DNA of 64,000 nucleotides from a virus, in IMG/VR virus record IMGVR_UViG_3300032284_002843, positions 64,001 to 128,000 of that record; one strand, given 5' to 3'. Each line of letters begins with the position of its first letter. Position 1 is the stretch's first letter. The position numbers and the translations under genes are program-made. Below are positions 57,990 through 64,000 of the stretch, piece by piece. The notes under the pieces were generated by a model. That model ran no database searches and was not told where the DNA came from. It worked only from the letters and a program-made list of their open reading frames with translations.

Positions 57990-60404
57990 TTAGACAGGGA
58001 TTTGACCCGCGGCTAATAAATCCGCTGGTGTTTGATTGAATATAGAATACATTGCAACATCTTTTACAGCATGCAGTGTTTGTGTAAATTTTCCATCGTT
58101 GAAATGATTATCAACTTCTAACACAACATACATGCCATTAAATGCCCAGCTTGCAGTATTGAATTGAACTAATCCGGTAGCTTCATTTGGTTCTTCACCG
58201 GTTCTGAAATACAATAGAAACGCACATTCTCCTGTACCAAATAACGCACTTGCTTTTCCCGTTTGTGGCGAAGGTGGTGTATCTGGCGACAAATACTGTA
58301 AATTTTCAATGTTATCAAAGCCCATCCAATAGGGATCGCCTCTGATTTCTAGCTCAATATTCACAAACTGTGGACCGGTTACATTATTTAAAATTGTTGC
58401 CAACAATCCACGACTCTTTGGAGCACCAGAAGAATTTACATTGATAGATTCAGCCGTTCCTAATCCACCAGTATTGTTATCTTGAATACTAGGGGCTTTA
58501 GATATTGTGCTGGAAATTAATAGAGGATTGGTGTCTGCTACTTGCGGAGAAATTTGTTCAAGATAACGATCTTTTGCAGCTGATCTAGTAAGTGTATATA
58601 CTAATCTGTTGACAATATCTTGTTGAACAATTTTATCTTTTAATAATGTTGGATTACTAATAGTAATACCTGCAATAGCCTGTTCACCGGCACTCCCTGT
58701 TGCAAATTTAATTTCAAAATCACTTATATTAATTTTAGACGCAAAAGTTTGAAATTTTTCTTGTGCTGTAGACAACGCTGTTTGAGCTTCTGTTAGTGCT
58801 TTTTGATAATTTCCAAGTTTTTTGAATGTGTCAGAATTTGTAAGAGTTTCAAGATTGACTTTTGCTTCGTCTACAGCCTGTTTATTTTTTAAGTACTCAT
58901 TTCTAAGAGTTTGTGTTAAACTTTCGCCTGGTACACTTTGAGGAAGTTGAAACAATGTGCTGCTGTTAACACCGTCAAACATTGGCTGCAATGCTGCCCA
59001 ATATGCATCAAGCTTAATATCAAATTTTAAAACATCTGTGTTTAATCCAGTAAACTGGAAATAATATATCTTTTTTAATCTAGCAGAATTTACAAATTCT
59101 GTTATCCTTTGTTTTTGTACATCTTTCTTTTGACTGTTATCAATAAATGTACGATCTCTAAAACTTCTTACAGTGGGATATGGTTTGAAATAATAGGTGA
59201 TTTTTTTAACATAGTCTTGATATAGATAATTATAGCTAATAAATTCAACTTTTGATTCTATAAACGGAATTAACGAGATCCCTTCGCTTTCGGCTCTTGA
59301 CGAAGTTTTGCCGGCATCTTTACCGGCTGCTAATGGTCCTGCTATAAATTTTTTACCATCTTCACAGATACTCATCACTGTTTGTAAAACTTGTTCTATA
59401 GATTTACCTCTTGGTATTTGAATAGTAGGGGCATCGGTTCCTGTAACACTAAAGCCCGATTGGCTTGGGTTATCTGTGGGATTTCTTTTTAAGGCCCAGG
59501 CCCTCCACTCTTTTGGAAAAATAAAATCATATTCTACTCTTTTAGTTTCAAAATCATAATCAAGCTTTTTCATTTGCTCGTTCATTGTAGTTTTAAATCT
59601 ATCCCAAAACTCGCCAAAAGTCTTAACATCTTGAATCTTTAAATGTTGCCCAGAAAAAGTAAACTCATTGCTGGTAGCAAGACTACCGTCCATTACGCCT
59701 GTAATATTATAAATTGATCCGCTTGTTGTGCTGTCTACTGTGATATCAGTTATCAAAACTCTATACAATTTTTTAATGTCAATGGGAGTTTGAATTCCGC
59801 TTTCATCATATCCTTGAAACCATACTTCTATAAAGTAGCAACATTTTAAATGATTTTGAATTCCAAACTTATCTTTAGCTAATGAGTATAATCGATCTAC
59901 TAAACTGAGCCCATATGGTTCAACTAATGTCATGGTCCATGTTGTTTCAACGGCTATACCTATTCTTGATTGAGGGCTGCAAAGATTCTTTATTTCCATA
60001 TTACGAATATTAAATCCTACAGTTGTGCCACTTTCAGCTATTACTTCTTTAGGTACTTTGTCCCAATCGGCATGTGTATTAATTTGTTTAGAAATAGAAT
60101 CGCTAGTTACACAAAACTTAATATGATATGTATAGCTAGAATAACCATCTAGTATATTCGTTTCTGGTTTAAAACCTATTCCGGTCGCAGACAACGCAGA
60201 TAATATATTATTAAAATCTCCGTTTACAGTTGAGGGTATATCTGGAAGTGTTGTGTTAATTTTGCTACTAACTTCTCCAAGAATATTATCAGCTATGCCT
60301 TGGTCAACTCCTAAATTTGTTAGCTGTTGTCTAATTGAACCAAGCTTATCCTTAAATTTTTCCGCTGGATCAGCCAACGGATTAGGCGGTATAGGTCCCG
60401 TCAT
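57990..60404 (-). CDS. Baseplate hub-like protein (gp27-like position)
   Basis: IRGDPYW and GMYVVLEVDNHF..G.FTQTL; lies between gp53 and gp5. Confidence 0.65.
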   Translation of the reverse strand: MTGPIPPNPLADPAEKFKDKLGSIRQQLTNLGVDQGIADNILGEVSSKINTTLPDIPSTVNGDFNNILSALSATGIGFKPETNILDGYSSYTYHIKFCVTSDSISKQINTHADWDKVPKEVIAESGTTVGFNIRNMEIKNLCSPQSRIGIAVETTWTMTLVEPYGLSLVDRLYSLAKDKFGIQNHLKCCYFIEVWFQGYDESGIQTPIDIKKLYRVLITDITVDSTTSGSIYNITGVMDGSLATSNEFTFSGQHLKIQDVKTFGEFWDRFKTTMNEQMKKLDYDFETKRVEYDFIFPKEWRAWALKRNPTDNPSQSGFSVTGTDAPTIQIPRGKSIEQVLQTVMSICEDGKKFIAGPLAAGKDAGKTSSRAESEGISLIPFIESKVEFISYNYLYQDYVKKITYYFKPYPTVRSFRDRTFIDNSQKKDVQKQRITEFVNSARLKKIYYFQFTGLNTDVLKFDIKLDAYWAALQPMFDGVNSSTLFQLPQSVPGESLTQTLRNEYLKNKQAVDEAKVNLETLTNSDTFKKLGNYQKALTEAQTALSTAQEKFQTFASKINISDFEIKFATGSAGEQAIAGITISNPTLLKDKIVQQDIVNRLVYTLTRSAAKDRYLEQISPQVADTNPLLISSTISKAPSIQDNNTGGLGTAESINVNSSGAPKSRGLLATILNNVTGPQFVNIELEIRGDPYWMGFDNIENLQYLSPDTPPSPQTGKASALFGTGECAFLLYFRTGEEPNEATGLVQFNTASWAFNGMYVVLEVDNHFNDGKFTQTLHAVKDVAMYSIFNQTPADLLAAGQIPV

Positions 60405-60724
60405 TAAAGGTAACTCCTCGGAAGGCTATCTACACTAGGAACAAAGATTTGAATTCCAGTCTTAAAATCCCAAATTGGATCTGAAATTACATCAGGATTA
60501 CGCATCATAAACACCCACCAATAATCTGCTTTTTTATAGTAATCATAACTGAGAAGATCTGGTCTGTGATTGTATCTTGAGGCAAGTGTAATAAGTGTGT
60601 CATTTGGACCAGCCGTTAAATTTGGCGGTGTCCAAAAATCTAAATAATTTATTCCAGTATTCACTACCTGTTGAGTGGCAGCGTATAAACTAAAATTGTT
60701 GTAGGCAATAGTGGTCATACCCAT
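60404..60724 (-). CDS. Baseplate wedge protein (gp53-like, LysM-like)
   Basis: RPDLLSYDYY...WWVF..RN. Confidence 0.82.
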   Translation of the reverse strand: MGMTTIAYNNFSLYAATQQVVNTGINYLDFWTPPNLTAGPNDTLITLASRYNHRPDLLSYDYYKKADYWWVFMMRNPDVISDPIWDFKTGIQIFVPSVDSLPRSYL

Positions 60725-61836
60725 CCTCCTGATTTGACTAAGTTGCCAGAACGAAAGTTTTCAAGATTGAAACTTCGTAGCTTGGTAGGACTATTTTGAA
60801 CCGTGATTCCTACAGATATGCTGAAAACAGCCGGTAGCCATAGGGTTTGATCTTGTGTGCGACCGTTTAAGTAAGACGTTGTCAAATCACTCCAAGACCC
60901 TGTTGTTTGATCAGTCTGAACAGATCTGGACAAATCAATTGGTACATAATCAACGTCTTTTGGCAAACTTATTGTAAATGAAGTAACAATAACTGGTAAT
61001 TGATTAAACATATAACTTCCATAAGCATCGAATAGAAGAACAGGAGGCGGTGTTCCTTTATATGGATCACTTGCACCAAAATTCATTTTGCTCACAGTAC
61101 GTAAGAAATGAATGCAAGCCATGGCATAGATTCCTTCTTCTTGATTTTGAACAGACCATTCACCTTCAACTGTCAGCGCTAAACTTGGAGTACGATGATA
61201 TGCATAAATGTCCTGATTAGCATGTGTTAATTCCATAGATTTATAATCAACTTGTTGTTGATAAGTAATTGTTGGCTGGTAAGGCCAAATCATTCCGTTT
61301 GTTGCCCTTAACGGCGACAATATAGGACTTTGTCCATAAACTATGTCTATAGCCGCAGGTTTTGGACGAAGTCTAACACGTCGGCCACTGCTATCTCCTA
61401 CGTTAGGCGAAGGGCCTTGAGTGTCTGTGGTTGCAGCACCAGTATCAGAATTGTCAGAAGATGATGTTAGGGCATTTAAATCTATACCTAAAGTATTGGC
61501 ACTAATTCCAAATGGATTTTGACCATTAGCAAAATTATTAAGAATATTAGCTGGGTTTTGAATATAACTGGCAGCCGTTGCACCATAACTTATTATACCA
61601 GATCCCGGTAATCCTCCAGCTTTGTTGTTTGAGCTTTGAGCACCACCTATTACACCGCCGGGTCCAACATTGCTATCACCATTTAAACTTGAATTGTAGG
61701 TAGGCGATGGCGATAATGCATTATTTGTGCCTTTAGCAACGCCAGAATTTGGAAAAAATGTAACAGATCCACCTGTAGTAGCGGGTATTTGATCATTTGG
61801 TCCAATTATTGTGCCATTTGGAGTTTTAGTTGCCAT
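60715..61836 (-). CDS. Baseplate/tail tube initiator-like protein
   Basis: PYQPTI, GTPPPVLLF.AYG...PVIV; AATAAATA 61858-61865 and GAGG RBS upstream. Confidence 0.65.
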   Translation of the reverse strand: MATKTPNGTIIGPNDQIPATTGGSVTFFPNSGVAKGTNNALSPSPTYNSSLNGDSNVGPGGVIGGAQSSNNKAGGLPGSGIISYGATAASYIQNPANILNNFANGQNPFGISANTLGIDLNALTSSSDNSDTGAATTDTQGPSPNVGDSSGRRVRLRPKPAAIDIVYGQSPILSPLRATNGMIWPYQPTITYQQQVDYKSMELTHANQDIYAYHRTPSLALTVEGEWSVQNQEEGIYAMACIHFLRTVSKMNFGASDPYKGTPPPVLLFDAYGSYMFNQLPVIVTSFTISLPKDVDYVPIDLSRSVQTDQTTGSWSDLTTSYLNGRTQDQTLWLPAVFSISVGITVQNSPTKLRSFNLENFRSGNLVKSGGWV

Positions 61837-61898
61837 TATATCCTCAATATTATTGAATATTTATTGCAAATTTTGTAGGGTTCATTTTTCGCCGTGTT

Positions 61899-61927
61899 TT
61901 GACCATTTTATCAAAAAAGCTTACAAT
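61899..61927 (+). promoter_or_regulatory. Sigma70-type promoter for gp55
   Basis: TTGACC-17 nt-TACAAT. Confidence 0.7.
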
Positions 61928-61957
61928 TCAAATACTTGTCTAGACAAAGGAACTTTA

Positions 61958-62842
61958 ATGGTAACAACAGGAACAACTAAAATTAAATATCTAACCAATA
62001 AGGACTTATTGGAAGAAATTCATAAAAGCAAACTTTCTTATTGTAGTTTTACCGATCCAAAATACACATCATATGATTTTATCGTGCCAAATATTAAAAA
62101 AATAACTAAGAAAAAAATCAACGATGCACGCAGGAAAAGATTTAATGAACTAAAATCTCTGCACAAGAAACAATATGGTACCAGCAAAAAGGTGAAACCG
62201 CCAACACTATCAAGTATAGCAGCAGACAGCATAGTAATAAGAGTAATGACATATGATCATATACCATTAGATCCTATCAAAGCTGAAACTGGAAAAACCG
62301 AAGCTGAAAAACATATCAAAGTTAATTTCCCTCCTTTCCAACACTATATTATGAAAAATAATAAACTAGTTTGTGTTTTAAAAAGTCATTGGAAAGATGG
62401 ATTAAAATCTGGAGAGTTTTGCAAAGAACATGGTAAAATGACCAATCGTTTAGCTCTTATGTTTATGAAATTAGTAGATAGATACGGACATAGAGGTAAT
62501 TGGAGAGGATATACATACTTAGAAGAAATGAAGCTGCAAGCCTTGTTACAGCTGAGCCAGGTAGGCCTACAATTTGACGAAAGTCGCAGTGAGACTCCAA
62601 ATCCATTTGCCTATTATACTCAAACTATTACTAACTCTTTTATGAGGGTTCTTAATATAGAGAAGAAGAATCAAAACATACGAGATGACTTGTTAATAAT
62701 GAACGGAGCAGCTCCAAGTTATACAAGACAAACCGAAGACCACCTTAAGCAACAAGATCCCGAGGGTGGACAATCTAAAGAAGAAGCAAGTGCTGCTAAA
62801 CCTACCAAAGGTAGACGTCCATATCAAAAAAAGAAATCATAA
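61958..62842 (+). CDS. Late-transcription sigma factor (gp55-like)
   Basis: YLTNKDLL, NWRGYTY.EEM, NPFAYYTQ...SF.R....EK; synteny with gp47/gp46. Confidence 0.85.
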   Translation: MVTTGTTKIKYLTNKDLLEEIHKSKLSYCSFTDPKYTSYDFIVPNIKKITKKKINDARRKRFNELKSLHKKQYGTSKKVKPPTLSSIAADSIVIRVMTYDHIPLDPIKAETGKTEAEKHIKVNFPPFQHYIMKNNKLVCVLKSHWKDGLKSGEFCKEHGKMTNRLALMFMKLVDRYGHRGNWRGYTYLEEMKLQALLQLSQVGLQFDESRSETPNPFAYYTQTITNSFMRVLNIEKKNQNIRDDLLIMNGAAPSYTRQTEDHLKQQDPEGGQSKEEASAAKPTKGRRPYQKKKS

Positions 62843-62916
62843 ACAGTATTCTTTTTCTAACTGTACAGGCCAATACAATTTAGATATATTATAATATATA
62901 ATCTAGTAGATTCACC

Positions 62917-63948
62917 ATGACCAACAACAATTTAAAACAACCTGATTTTTCAAAAGTAATAATGTTCACAGACATTCATTTTGGATTGAAGAATAACAGC
63001 AGAGAACATAATAGTGATTGTGAATCTTTCATTAAATGGATGATAGAGCAGGCTAAACAACAAAACATTAAAACCTGCGTATTTGGCGGTGATTGGCACC
63101 ATGTGAGATCTGCTATTAACATTTCTACATTAAACTATTCAGTAAGTGGGCTTAAATTATTGAATGACTACTTTGATCATACATATTTCATAATAGGTAA
63201 CCACGATTTATTTTATCGTGACAAATATGAAATACACAGCCTTCCTTATATTCATCAATTTTCTAAAATTATCCCAGTTGACAAAATTATTAAAGTTGAC
63301 GATGTTGCACTAGTGCCGTGGTTAGTTGCTGACGAATGGAAGAAAATTTCAAAAGTCAAAGAGCCATATCTGTTTGGACATTTTGAATTACCAACATTTA
63401 AAATGAATGCTATGGTAGAAATGCCCGACCACGGAGCATTAAACAAAAATCATTTTGTACATCAACAACAGATATTTTCAGGACATTTTCATAAACGTCA
63501 AAACAAAGGTAAAATCTGGTATATAGGAAATTGTTTTCCTCATAATTACAGTGATACATGGGACGATGATAGAGGCATTATGATTTGGAACAAAGGTCAA
63601 ACTCCGGAGTTTATGTCCTGGCCAGATGCTCCTAGATATCGTACTTTAACTCTTAGCCAGGTTCTATCAGATCCTGCTGAATTTATAAATGACAAAACAT
63701 TTGCTAAAATTTCTATAGATGTTCCTGCTACATATGAAGACATAAATTTTATTAGAGAAATGCTGGAAAAGGAACTAGCAGCAAAAGAAATTCAAATGAT
63801 TACTGCTAAAGATCAGGACATTGAATTTAATAGTAATGTAGAAGTTAGCTTTGAAAGTGTTGATTCTATTGTGATCAGCCATTTAGAATCCATAGATAGT
63901 AACACAATCGATAAGAATGAACTAATTAAAATATATCAGGAGATCTAG
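62917..63948 (+). CDS. Recombination endonuclease gp47 (Mre11/SbcD-like)
   Basis: DIHFG, GDW, GNHD, GHFE, SGHFH. Confidence 0.93.
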   Translation: MTNNNLKQPDFSKVIMFTDIHFGLKNNSREHNSDCESFIKWMIEQAKQQNIKTCVFGGDWHHVRSAINISTLNYSVSGLKLLNDYFDHTYFIIGNHDLFYRDKYEIHSLPYIHQFSKIIPVDKIIKVDDVALVPWLVADEWKKISKVKEPYLFGHFELPTFKMNAMVEMPDHGALNKNHFVHQQQIFSGHFHKRQNKGKIWYIGNCFPHNYSDTWDDDRGIMIWNKGQTPEFMSWPDAPRYRTLTLSQVLSDPAEFINDKTFAKISIDVPATYEDINFIREMLEKELAAKEIQMITAKDQDIEFNSNVEVSFESVDSIVISHLESIDSNTIDKNELIKIYQEI

Positions 63949-63949
63949 T

Positions 63950-64000
63950 GTGTTAACTATCAAAAACGTTACCTTACGGAATTTCCTTAGCTGTGGAAAT
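63950..64000 (+). CDS. Start of gp46 (Rad50/SbcC-like), truncated
   Basis: GTG start, MLTIKNVTLRNFLSCGN; AGGAG RBS. Confidence 0.8.
   Translation, partial: MLTIKNVTLRNFLSCGN

Noticed and set aside
61811-61957. Hydrophobic N-terminal extension of gp55
   Set aside because: Overlaps the divergent gene and the promoter; ATG 61958 has an RBS and fits the family start.
62885-62898. 14-bp palindrome TATATTATAATATA upstream of gp47
   Set aside because: Pure A/T palindrome, plausible by chance; no matching -35 found.
1-64000. CRISPR array, tRNA, rRNA, intron or intein
   Set aside because: Intergenic gaps are short and explained by promoters or terminators; no repeat-spacer pattern, cloverleaf or split conserved gene seen by eye. 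tRNAscan and Infernal were not run.
1-64000. Stop codon recoding
   Set aside because: TAA, TAG and TGA all end recognisable full-length genes, and very long ORFs are intact in code 11.

Overview
AT-rich, gene-dense segment of a large T4-like (probably jumbo) myophage genome, standard code 11. Bases 1-28.4 kb (mostly + strand) carry 7-deazaguanine biosynthesis genes (folE, queD, queE, with HIT, cupin and AbrB-like neighbours), RNase H, NADAR, a nucleotidyltransferase, a MoxR AAA+/vWA pair, MazG, Nudix, a methyltransferase, two radical SAM genes, an Ntn hydrolase and a dispersed RNA repair kit (Rnl1, plus separate Pnk kinase and phosphatase). Bases 28.4-61.8 kb (mostly - strand) carry an APS-kinase-like/HxGH nucleotidyltransferase pair, a GIY-YIG endonuclease, thyX, four glycosyltransferase-like genes, and a tail fibre/baseplate block (3759-aa protein, gp6, gp25, gp5, gp53). 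The window ends with gp55, gp47 and the start of gp46. Highlights: a gp5-like spike with an inserted SGNH esterase and two lysozyme domains; recurrent hairpins that enclose a promoter and sequester the RBS; many apparently leaderless genes; and a putative virion-glycosylation module. All calls come from motif recognition by eye; no searches were run.
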